Made by a program: the position numbers and the translations under genes
NCBI GenBank assembly: GCA_030390025.1
Contig: CM059432.1
Span: 45,758,001-45,822,000, forward strand
Source: Squalus acanthias
Lineage: Eukaryota
Direction of reading: 5' to 3'
DNA: 64,000 bases
Shown: positions 12,459-23,150 of the stretch, one piece after another
Numbering within the stretch: position 1 is the first letter of the stretch
Layout of the letters: each line of letters starts with the position of its first letter
The notes under the pieces: generated by a model
What the model was told of the DNA's origin: nothing
Seen by the model: only the letters and a program-made list of their open reading frames with translations
Database searches by the model: none

Positions 12459-13330
12459 TTACTTTTTAACTTGGCATAACTTGAATAAATACACAAACTT
12501 AAATTTATGTGCAACATTATCTAGAAAAGTCTGCTTTTTAAATTCTCTATGGAGCTCAAAGTTATTTCAGGAACAGCGTGATACAGTCTGACAACTGTCC
12601 AAGATTTAGAAGGATGTCTTTTAATGCTCAATGTACCTCCACTATCTTATGCAGGTAATAATATCAGCAGAACTTAATTATTTTTGTATAAACACCAATT
12701 TCCCTACCTCGAGTTGTCCCTCTAGACTGTCCCACTGAAATGCCTCGTGTAACCCAGCGAAGGTCCATATTAAATACAAACAGGTTGCTACTTCAGATTG
12801 TCCAAAGAGCCATGGAAACTTAGAAACCACGCTGCCAGTTGGAATTAATAAAATATACTTTTTGCTCTTTAAAGTGAAGTCTGAAAAAATGCCAGTTAAC
12901 TCTTACTGGAGGTGCATCATACCAACTGCTCATTGTATCCATCTTTACATAAAGAAAATCCTAAGCCCAAAATACTTATCACAATAACCTTAGACCCAAC
13001 TTCAAATCAGTCGACTCTACACACTCTGAATGTAGACACACATGCTCTACGCTACAGATGTAGCAAACTATTGAATGAAATAAAGATAGATCCTCAATAG
13101 TTAGCTAGGAGTGACTGGAAATTAGTAATATTCAGAGTTTCGGATGATATGTTCACATGGATGAGACATGGCATCTTACACAAATCACAATCTTGAAATT
13201 ATTAAGAGATATATTCGCTGATTACCTATTCATATTGCAGTGGTGTATGCATGACAACACACACACTGAAGGATTAAGAGCGTGGGCAAATTCACTTCAT
13301 ATTTCAAATAAAATTGCTATTGAATTCTGT

Positions 13331-13792
13331 CAGCTGTGGCTCAGTTGGTAGCACCCTCACCTCTGAGTCAGAAGGTTGTGGGTTCAAGTCCCGCTCCAAA
13401 GACTTGAGCACATAAATCTAGGCTGACAGTCCAGTGCAGTACTGAGGGAGCGCTGCACTGTTAGAGGTGCTGTCTTTCAGATGAGATGTTAAACCAAGGC
13501 CCCGTCTGCTCTCTCAGGTGGACATAAAAGATCCCACGGCACTATTTCGAAGAAGAGCAGGGGAGTTATCCCTGGTGTCCTGGCCACTATTTATCCCTCA
13601 ATCAACATCACTAAAACAGATTATCTGGTCATTATCCCATTGCTGTTTGTGGGAGCTTGCTGTGCGCAAATTGCCGCCTTTCCTACATTACAACAGTGAC
13701 TATACTTCAAAAGTACTTCATTGGCTGGAAAGTGCTTTGGGGCGTGCGGTGGTTGTGAAAAGCGCTATATAAATGCAAGTCTTTCTTTTCTT
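13331..13792 (+). mobile_element. Full-length tRNA-derived SINE with L2-like tail (DeuSINE-type by inference)
   Basis: Pol III A box TGGCTCAGTTGG and B box GGTTCAAGTCC, conserved core TGGGAGCTTGCTGTGCGCAAATTG, and tail GCGCTATATAAATGCAAGTCTTTC. Several copies in the window. Confidence 0.88.
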
Positions 13793-14036
13793 TTTGAATT
13801 GCTGATTCACAGTTGTACAAGATCCTCCTTTTCTAAACTTAAGAATTCTTGCAATTCTTTAAATAGCCAACTCGACACAGAGACAAAAAAGTACTCATAA
13901 TAGGTCTACACAAGTACTCTCAAATTGCGAGTAATTTGCTGTGAAGCAGGTGCAGTGTATAATGAAACTGGGATATATATAAACATGCAGCATCTTCTGC
14001 CCTCTCCCATGCACGATCAATGCCATAAAACCATAC

Positions 14037-14230
14037 CCTTCCCCCATTGGAGAGTCGAACTGTAGGCACTTGACCGCCACTGTCATTCTCCAGTCGCTGT
14101 GCTGCGCTCTGAACACCACGCCATAGCCTCCTCGGCTGATGTAATGCAGGTCCACTAGCTTCTGGTAAGGAACCACGTCCAAGATGGATGAGATAGTCGA
14201 GAAACTGCTCCCCCGCGAATACTCCATCAT
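14037..14230 (-). CDS. RIPK2: Receptor-interacting serine/threonine kinase 2-like, coding exon 1 (kinase subdomains I-II)
   Basis: Translation MMEYSRGSSFSTISSILDVVPYQKLVDLHYISRGGYGVVFRAQHSDWRMTVAVKCLQFDSPMGE resembles the RIPK2 N-terminus ([37 protein letters not shown]). It ends in a phase-2 donor GG|GTATGG at 14037/14036, where RIPK2 exon 1 ends. Exon 2 was not recognised in 1-14036. Confidence 0.88.
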
Positions 14231-14620
14231 TTTAGAAACGCACACAGATCTGTTTCTCCCTCACTTCAGTCCGTGCCTCCAGCGTTTGCTCATCGCTTGA
14301 GGACGGGTCAGTTCCATGGGACAAAACACATTTTCACAAGCTAACGCCCCTCCAACATAACACAGCGGACGAGTTTGCACGGCCCTTGGAGTCTTGAGGA
14401 CACTTTCGTCTTCGTTTTAGGTCGAATGTTATCGCCACTGTTGTGAAAGGAAATTCACCAGCGAAGGAGCTACGCGTCTTTGACCACTTTGTTACAGGAA
14501 TTCCCCAAACTCAAGACTCTTCCGCCTTTCAGGATCAGTCACGACGTAGCCTTCAGCGTACCAGAAACCACGCCTTTTACGGGAAACCAAACAATATCTG
14601 GCTTGTGGCGCTTTCACGCA
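14231..14620 (-). promoter_or_regulatory. Probable RIPK2 5'UTR/proximal promoter with kappaB-like sites
   Basis: Locally CpG-richer, non-repetitive sequence directly upstream of the ATG. It contains GGAATTCCCC (14497-14506), GGAAATTCACC (14449-14459) and an IRF-like GACGAAAGTG (minus strand, ~14401-14410). Confidence 0.5.
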
Positions 14621-15090
14621 ATATTTCTGAAAAACTGATTTTTTTTAAAAATTTGGTCTATGTAGCTTTCATGCTGTTTAAATATACCTGGCTAAGAGTT
14701 ACCACAGTAATGTCAAAACTTGTTCCCCTCTCCCTTATAAGTTACTGAGCGCACTGTAGTTTTCTATTTGAATCCGAACAACTAAAAATTTATGTAAAAG
14801 AATCGAAGGTGATGTATGTCATCTATGAAGTTGGTGCTACCTCAGCTGAAATATTCCACTTAAAGTGATTGTCAGGCGAGGTTCCAGCACTTTGCAATTG
14901 CTGCCAAGCCACTGTTTCCTGAGAAAGTAATCCTAAATCATCAGAAGGCAAATTTCAATGACAGGAGTGTATTAAACCAGAGTAGGATAGTCTATCCACT
15001 GTAGATGTCACACCTGGCGAAGGAAGGTTGGAAACAAGCCAACTCACCAGACAGACTCAGGTATGAGTCATCTGAATTCCGCAGTCTTGT

Positions 15091-15635
15091 AATAACAACA
15101 GAAATTGCTGGAAACACTCAGCATCTAAAAGGTTAGGGAGGAGAGAGGCCTCTTACATTGTTCCAACGAAGCTCGAGGAACAGCACCTCATCTTTCTATT
15201 AGGCACTTTACAGCCTTCCGGACTTAACATCGAGTTCAACAATTTCAGACTATAAATTGGCCCCTGCAATTTCTTTTTTTTTCTCTTGTTTCCTCACATG
15301 GTAGCTGTTAATGTTGCTGCCATCATCATCCACACATCATCTAGAGCCATCTTTTGTTTCTTAACATTTCCCATTACCTTTTGCCTTGCACCATCATCCC
15401 TTTTGTCATTCAATCTCCATCCTATCACAGACCTTCCCTTTGTTCTTTCCTCCCCTCCTCCCTGCCCCTGCTTAAAAATCTCTCCTCTCTAACCTTTTCC
15501 AGTTCTGACGAAGGGTTCGACCTGAAACGTTGACTCTGTTTCTCCTCTCCTCGATGCTGCCTGACCTGCTGAGTGTTTCCAACACTTTCTGTTGTTATTT
15601 CAGATTTCTAGCATTCACAGTATTTTGCTATTATA
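15091..15635 (+). mobile_element. Penelope 3' fragment (GIY-YIG C-terminus plus pseudo-LTR) with a short inverted 5' piece
   Basis: Encodes KLEEQHLIFLLGTLQPSGLNIEFNNFR and a hammerhead-like CTGACGAAGGGTTCGACCTGAAACG. Degenerate 13-bp flanking duplication TCCGCAGTCTTGT / TCCACAGTACTGT. Confidence 0.75.
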
Positions 15636-16571
15636 TCCACAGTACTGTTGATGATCGATCAGCCAGTTTGGAATGAAAGCTGTGTCAATGGGGACTGGAA
15701 TTCTTCCCAATCAGCTTCAGATAATCTTGCAAACCTTACAAGGTAAAGTGGTCATATCTGGGCAAGCAGTGGGAAGCTTATTATTGGTCTGTGCTTGTTC
15801 GGGATACCTTGTAGCAGCTTTTACCACCACTGATACAGTGGCAGTAATTATTTGGGGTGGGACTGGATGGGAATGAATATGGAGCTAGAGGGAGTGGTCT
15901 CTAAATCTGTAGTTGATACTAAATTAGGAGACACAGTAAATAATTCTGAGGACCAAAGGAAGCTACAAAGGCATATTGATAAGATAGTGGAATTGGCGGA
16001 AAAGTGTCAGTTAACGTGAGATTTCTTTTATTCGTTCATGGGATGTGGGCATCGCTGGAAAGGCCAGCATTTGTTGCCCATCGATGGCACATTTTGATTT
16101 TTTAAAAGTAGATACGTAATGGTGAATCTATATAAAACCTTGGTAAGAACTTAGTTGGAGTACTGTGCAGTTTTGGGCTCCAGAATATAGGAAGGATGTT
16201 GAGGCAATAGAGAGGATATATTGCAGATTCATTTTTTTGCACAGAGGGTTGTGAAGCTATAGAACGCACTGTTGGAGTTAATGATTGAAGTAGAGACCAT
16301 ACCAACACTTAAGAATTGTTGAGATAAGTGGTTGAAGGAAAGGAAAATAATGGGATATGGGAACAAGGCAGGCACATGGGATTAGGGTTATTGCTCATGT
16401 GGAGAATAAACAACAACACAGGCTGTTTGGGAAAGGTCATCAATCAGAAATGTTAACTCTACCTTCCTCTTTCCACACTTGCTGCCTGACCTGCTGAGTG
16501 TTTCCAGCATTTTCTGTTTTTATTTCCGATTTCTAGTATCTGCAGTATTTTGCTTTCAGCCTGTTCAAGTG

Positions 16572-17015
16572 TCAGCTGTGGCTCAGTTGGTAGCATCTTG
16601 CCTGAGTCAGAAGGTTGTGGGTTCTAGCCCCACTCCAGGGATTTCAGCACAAAAATCTCGGCTGACACTCCACTACAGTGCTGAGGCTCCGGAGCGCTGC
16701 ACTGTCGAGGTGCCTTCTTTTGGATGAGACGTTAAACCAGGTGGACGCAAAAGATTCAATGGCACTATTTCGAAGAAGAGCAGGGGAGTTATCCCCGGTG
16801 TCCTGGCCAAAATTTATCCCTCAATCAACATAACAAAAACAGATTATCTGGTCATTATTACATTGATGTTTGTGGGAGCTTGCTGTGTGCAAATTGGCTG
16901 CTGCGTTTCCCACATTTCAAAAGTGACTACACTTCAACAAGTACTTCATTGGCTGGAAAGCGCTTTGAGACATCCAGTGGTCATGAAAGGCACTACATAA
17001 ATGCAAGTCTTTCTT
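16572..17015 (+). mobile_element. tRNA-derived SINE copy
   Basis: Colinear with 13331-13792 (A/B boxes, core, tail). Confidence 0.85.
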
Positions 17016-17182
17016 TGTTTGTATGTTGTAATTTCTGTGTAATTCTATGAAAGGAGCGAAGGGCTAGCTACTCGTCCTTGACCCTATTTAAATGTGATGT
17101 GGAGATGCCGGTGTTGGACTGGGGTGGACAAATGTGAGAAGTCGCACAACACCAGGTTATAGTCCAACAGCTTTATTTGAAA

Positions 17183-17219
17183 TCACAAGCTTTCGGAGCG
17201 CTGCTCCTTCATCAGGTGA
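17183..17219 (-). ncRNA. Minimal hammerhead ribozyme, other Penelope arm
   Basis: Reverse complement reads UCAC-CUGAUGA-AGGAGCAGCGCUCC-GAAA-GCUU-GUGA. Confidence 0.78.
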
Positions 17220-17539
17220 AGTGAAGAGATGCATATAGGCACAGCATATATAGTCAGAGAACACTGCCAGATGATTACAGTTAATGTTTCCAACTGCCCT
17301 TTATCACACCTCGGCAGAGAGATAATCACGGCAATCAAAGGTGTGGATGGTGTCCAAACAGGTCAGTCAGGAAAACATTACATCAAAGACAATGTGGCAG
17401 ATGCTGGGGTCTGTATGGAAAACAAAAACTTTTTTTGCAGGAAATCACAGCAGGTCCGGCCGCATCTGTGTAGAGAGAACAAGCCAACGACGACTCGAGT
17501 CTGGATGACTCTACGTCAGGTGCGATTACATGTAGCGTG

Positions 17540-18580
17540 ACATGAACCCAAGATCCCGGTTGAGGCCGTCCTCATGGGTGCAGAACTTGGCTATCAGTTT
17601 CTGCTCGACGATTTTTCATTGTCGTGTGTCTCGAAGGCCGCCTTGGAGAACGCTTACCCGAAGATCGGAGGCTGAATGTCCTTGACTGCTGAAGTGTTCC
17701 CCGACTGGGAGGGAACACTCCTGCCTGGCGATTGTTGCGCGGTGTCCGTTCATACGTTGTCGCAGTGTCTGCATGGTCTCGCCGATGTACCATGCTCCGG
17801 GCCATCCTTTCCTGCAACGTATGAGGTAGACAACGTTGGCCGAGTCACATGAGTATGTACCATGTACCTGGTGGGTGGTGTCCTCACATGTGATGATGGT
17901 ATCTGTGTTGATAATCTGGCATGTCTTGCAGAGGTTGCCGTGGCAGGGTGGTGTGGTGTGGTGGTCGCTGTTCTCCTGAAAGCTGGGTAATTTGCTGCGA
18001 ACGATGGTCTGAGGTTAGGCGGCTGTTTGAAGGCAAGTAGTGGGGGCATGGGGATGGCCTTAGCGAGGTGTTCGTCGTCATCGATGACATGTTGAAGGCT
18101 GCGAAGAACATGGTGTAGTTTCTCCGCTCTGGTGAAGTACTGGACGACATAGGGTACTCTGTTGGTTGTGTCCCGTGTTTGTCTTCTGAGGAGGTCTATG
18201 CGATTTTTCGCTGTGGCCCGTCGGAACTGTCGATCGACGAGTCGAGCGTCATATCCCGTTCGTACGAGGGAGTCTTTCAGTATCTGTAGGTGTCCATCGC
18301 GTTCCTCCTCGTCTGAGCAGCTCCTGTGTATTCGCAGGGCTTGTCCATAGGGGATGGCTTCTTTAACGTGGTTAGGGTGGAATCTGGAGAAGTGGAGCAT
18401 CTTGAGGTTGTCCGTGGCCTTGCGGTAGAGTGAAGTGCTGAGGTGTCCGTCTTTGATGGAGATTCGTGTGTCCAAGAATGAAACCGATTCTGAGGAGTAG
18501 TCCATGGTGAGTTTGATGGTGGGATGGAACTTGTTGATGTTATTGTGTAGTCTTTTCAGTGATTCTTCACCGTGGGTCCA
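17540..18580 (-). pseudogene. Penelope RT thumb plus GIY-YIG endonuclease, 5'-truncated and frameshifted
   Basis: ORF 17750-18610 matches the PLE RT C-terminus, starting just after the catalytic DD motif. The frame is lost at FKQPPNL by a 4-bp deletion relative to the other arm. Confidence 0.88.
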
Positions 18581-19075
18581 TAACCTCAAACAGACCATTG
18601 TTCGCAGCAAATTACCCAGCTTTCAGGAGAACAGTGACCACGACACCACACAACCCTGCCACGGCAACCTCTGCAAGACATGCCAGATTATCAACACAGA
18701 TACCATCATCACACGTGAGGACACCACCCACCAGGTACATGGTACATACTCATGTGACTCGGCCAACGTTGTCTACCTCATACATTGCAGGAAAGGATGC
18801 CCCGGAGCATGGTACATCGGCGAGACCATGCAGACACTGCGACAACGTATGAACGGACACCGCGCAACAATCGCCAGGCAGGAGTGTTCCGTCCCAGTTG
18901 GGGAACACTTCAGCAGTCAAGGACATTCAGCCTCCGATCTTCGGGTAAGCATTCTCCAAGGCGGCCTTCGAGACACGACAATGCAAAATCGTCGAGCAGA
19001 AACTGATAGCCAAGTTCCGCACCCATGAGGACGGCCTCAACTGGGATCTTGGGTTCATGTCACGCTACATGTAAC
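18581..19075 (+). pseudogene. Penelope GIY-YIG endonuclease domain, inverted duplicate
   Basis: PC..CKTC...SCDSANVVYLIHCRKGCPGAWYIGETMQTLRQRMNGH; frameshift near the C-terminus. Confidence 0.88.
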
Positions 19076-19343
19076 CCCACCTGACGTAGAGTCATCCAGA
19101 CTCGAGTCGTCGTTGGCTTGTTCTCTCTACACAGATGCGGCCGGACCTGCTGTGATTTCCAGCAAAAAAAGTTTTTTGTTTTCCATACAGACTCCAGCAT
19201 CTGCCACATTTGACCCCTTGTGACCCCACCTCATTGTCTTTGATGTAATGTCTTCCTGACTGACCTGTTTGGACACCATCCACACCTTTGATTGCCGTGA
19301 TTATCTCTCTGCCGAGGTGTGATAAAGGGCAGTTGGAAACAAT

Positions 19344-20109
19344 GGCCCAGAAATTGGAGTTCGATGGTTGCCGCGGGGGTAAGGATCCCCCGCGATATCG
19401 CACTCCGCGCCTACCTTTATGGTTTTGGCCCACATGAACTTCTGGTCCTGGGCCTCTCCCTGGTGCCGGCGCGCAGTGTGTGCGTGTCCCAGAGGCGCAG
19501 TTAGTTTGATGCGACCTCTGGGATCACGTGTGCCAGTTAGAGCCAATGGCAGCACACCATCTTGCATTCATAGTTTTGACAGCAAGTGCTGTCAAAACTA
19601 TGAATACAACAAGCCCCCAAAAGAACAGCTAAACCTCAATTAATTTTTTTTAAAAAGCCATCACATTAATAAAATAACTATAGTTAAATAAATTAACCAC
19701 TTTAAACAAAAATTTAAATTTTTGAAAAAATTTTAATTCTTTTTAAAAGTTATAAAAATAAACTTACCTTTCTTTAAATTCTCTAAAAAAGATAAACCTG
19801 TTGAAAAAAATTTAAAATAATACTTAATTAACTACTTACCTTGTTAAAAGGGGGTCTTACGCCTGCTTTCTTTATGTGTAAAATCTTAAACACTTACCTG
19901 CGAGTTCAAACCTGAAAAAAAAACTAAGTGCGCTGCGTGCGCACAACCTGTAGCGTGCACGCGGTTCACTTAGGAACCGCCCCCTTTGCAATACCCGAAG
20001 TGCCGGTTTCCCGCGCATGCGCAGTACATGCAGAAAACTGGCACTTCGGGACCTAATACGCAAGAGTACACAGTGCGTACTCTCCCGCATTAGGTCTAAT
20101 TTTCGGGCC
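19344..20109. mobile_element. 760-bp MITE family copy 3, inserted in the Penelope pseudo-LTR
   Basis: Same TIRs; flanks AAT/ATT. The empty site GAAAC-ATT-AACTG is visible in the other Penelope arm (~17277-17290, minus strand). Confidence 0.9.
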
Positions 20110-20175
20110 ATTAACTGTAATCATCTGGCAGTGTTCTCTGACTATATATGCTGTGCCTATATGCATCTCTTCACT

Positions 20176-20212
20176 TCACCTGACGAAGGAGCAGCGCTCC
20201 GAAAGCTTGTGA
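20176..20212 (+). ncRNA. Minimal type I hammerhead ribozyme in the Penelope pseudo-LTR
   Basis: UCAC-CUGACGA-A-GGAGC-AGC-GCUCC-GAAA-GC-UU-GUGA: catalytic core, stem II, palindromic stem III and stem I UCAC/GUGA. Confidence 0.78.
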
Positions 20213-20640
20213 TTTCAAATAAAGCTGTTGGACTATAACCTATTTAAATGTGGCAGAGTGTGTTTCTGGTTGGCCTTAAAGGAAGCTGTCGGTTTTCTGG
20301 GAGGAGAATGCAGGTGCAAGTTTTTTTTGTGGTGGTTTTGAGACAATAGTCTTTAAGAACACATTTTTCTCTGTTTACTAGTCCAAACCCACCTCAAAAT
20401 GGGTGGTAATGTAGAGAAGAAGCCAGACCAAAAATTCGGCTGTAGAACATTTGTCAACATAAATCCTACATCAGAACTGGAAGGAATTACAGATGAACAG
20501 CATTTGAAAAGAAACAGAAACAACGAAAGGGAGAGGGGAAAAATCTCTTGATATTATTTCAGACATCTAAACGCCTCCTGTTTTACTTTTTATCATTTCA
20601 CAGGTTATTCTACTTCCTCTGTTGTATGAGAGAAAGCATG

Positions 20641-21425
20641 GGGGGTGATTTTGCCAATGGGGACCTGATGGAGGCGGGACTGCTGCTTGCCGGGTTTTAG
20701 TCCCGCCTCCATTGACGTCCAGCCAACCCACGCTACTTTCCCTTGATTGACCTTGTTAAGCCCGCCCAGCGGGCTTAGCCGGCCAATTAAGGGAAAGCCG
20801 GTGACAGAGAGCGTCAACGTATGACGTTTCATCTGTCAAAATTTTTTAACAGATTAATTGCCATCGTTTGACAGCTTTGAGAAGCTGTCAAACACTGACA
20901 TTCTCTGTTGTTTGGTGAGTCCTTGTATTCAAGACTCACCAAACCTATTTCCTGAGCAGAAATCAGATGGCTGTTGCATCGGAGAATGCAGCAGCCATTC
21001 TGTCATCTCTGCCGTGGAGATGCCGGAGCCTCCGGATGCCCAACGATTGAAGCCTGCAGGAAGAAACAAAAGTAAATAAACTTTTTCTAAGACTTTTCAC
21101 TCACCTCACATATTTACCTCTCCACACTTGCACCCATCACTCACCTCCACAGCGCACTTTTCGAACCCTCTGACCCCCGCAGACCCACTGCTCGCCTCGC
21201 TGACCCTGGCGGGGTTTTCTGATGTCGGGAAGCCCGCACTTGTGTGGCTGTAATCCCCTTCCTGCCTCGAGGAGACAGGTCCCAGCGCGAGTCGGGGACC
21301 CGCCTCCTGGGAAGATGGCACGGAGGCGGGTTGGGGGCGGGTTCAGTACCCACTCCAGATTCTGCCATTTTCCCAGTAGTCCCGCCTCTATACCCGCCTC
21401 CCCAGGGCTGGCAAAATCGTCCCCC
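20641..21425. mobile_element. Harbinger-type MITE, second family, with multiple internal hairpins
   Basis: TIRs GGGGGTGATTTTGCC / GGCAAAATCGTCCCCC; TSD ATG. Confidence 0.85.
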
Positions 21426-21884
21426 ATGTGTATGTTTTTGTGTGTGTGTTTTTGACTCCTTTCTCTTCTGTTCCTTTTTAAATGCTACTCATGTAAAGTT
21501 TTACAGTTCTGTTGAAGGGTTGCACCTGAAATATTAACTTGCCTGTTCTCTCCACAGATGTTACCTGACCTACTGAGTGCTTCCAGCATTTCCTGTTTAT
21601 GTTCCAAAATATTAATAGTTTCTTGACAGTAGGGCAGTGTAGCATCTTCTGAAAGAACCATCCCTCATCATCTTCAGACAGGAGCTGACATCTGCACAAC
21701 TAAAGTATTGGCATTTGGAGAGGCATGAAAATAGATGTCACTTCAGGAGTGATGATTAATCTCGTGGTGTTGACATTTCTGCCAGTTGCTGATAGTAATG
21801 GATGTGTGACACTTTATGCAGAAGCTACACTGAGGCTCAATACAGCGGGTTTCACCAACATATATATTGAGTGCAGGGAAGGGT

Positions 21885-23150
21885 TACATAGAATTATATA
21901 GGATATACAACACAGAAACAGGCCATTCAGCCCAACCAGTCCATGCCGGCGCTTATGCTCCACTCGAGCCTCCTCCCGTCTTTCCTCATCTAACTCTGTC
22001 AGCATAACCCTCTATTCCCTTCTCCCTCAAATGCTTATCTAGCCTCCCCTTAAATGCATCTATACTATTTGCCTCAACTACTCCCTGTGGTAGCGAGGTC
22101 CACATTCTCACCACTCTCTGGGTAAAGAAGTTTCTTCTGAATTCTCAATTTGATTTCTTGATGACTATCTTATATTAATGGCCTCTAGTTATGCTCTTCC
22201 CCACAAGTGGAAACACTCTCTCTGTATCTACTCCATCAAAACCTTTCATAATTTTAAAGACCTCAATTAGGTCACCCCTCAGCCTTTTTTCAAGTGAAAC
22301 GAGATCCAGCCTGTTCATCCTTTCCTCATAGGTATACCCTCGCATTTCTGGTATCATCCTTGTAAATCTTCTCTGCACCCTCTCCAGTGCCTCTATATCC
22401 TTTTTATAATATGGTGACCAGAATTGTACACAGTACTCCAAGTGTGGTATAACCAAGGTTCAATACAAGTTTAGCATAACTTCCCTACTTTTCAATTCTA
22501 TCCCTCTGGAAATAAACCCTCGTGACTGGTTTGCTTTTTTTTAACCTTGTTAACCTGTGTCGCTACTTTTAGTGATTTGTGTATTTGTACTCCGAGATCC
22601 CTTTGCTCCTCTACCCCACCCAGACTTGCACCCTCCAAGTAATAAGTGATCTCCCGATTCTTCCTACCAAAATGTAATACCTCACATTTATCTGTGTTGA
22701 ATTTAATTTGCCAATTTTATTTCCATTCTGCAAGTTTATTAATGTCCTCCTGTAATTTGTTGCCATCCTCCTCAGTATTGACTATTTCCCCCCCCCCCCA
22801 ATTTGGTGTCATCCGCAAATTTAGAAATTGTGTTTTTGATCCCAAAGTCTAAATCGTTAATATAAATTGTGACCAACAGTGGTCCCAGCACTGATCCTTG
22901 TGGAACACCACTACCCACCTTCTGCCACTGTGAATAGCTACCATTTACCCCTACTCTCTGCTTTCTGTCTTGAAGCCAGCTAACTATCCATTCTGCTAAT
23001 TGTCCCCTGACTCCACATTCTCTGACCTTATTCATTAATCTATTATGTGGTACCTTATCGAAGGCCTTTTGGAAAATCTAGATAAATTACATCTACTTCA
23101 TTACCCTTGTCTATTCTCTCTGTTACCTCTTCAAAAAATTCAATGAGATC
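21885..23150 (-). mobile_element. 5'-truncated CR1 LINE
   Basis: ORF fragments [35 protein letters not shown]1 3'UTR. Confidence 0.92.

Larger units (their letters stand above)
17097..20238. mobile_element. Penelope-like retroelement as an inverted (fold-back) insertion
   Basis: The minus arm 17097-18580 carries the RT C-terminus (WTHGEESL...FLDT...YRKATD) and GIY-YIG. The plus arm 18581-20238 carries GIY-YIG (NVVYLIHC...YIGET...RMNGH) and a pseudo-LTR. 14-bp TSD CCTATTTAAATGTG at 17083-17096 and 20239-20252. Confidence 0.93.

Noticed and set aside
13331..13410. tRNA gene
   Set aside because: It is the tRNA-derived head of a SINE, continuous with the SINE body and tail.
13895..14036. C-terminal part of the 116-aa ORF
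   Set aside because: Intron read-through past the GT donor.
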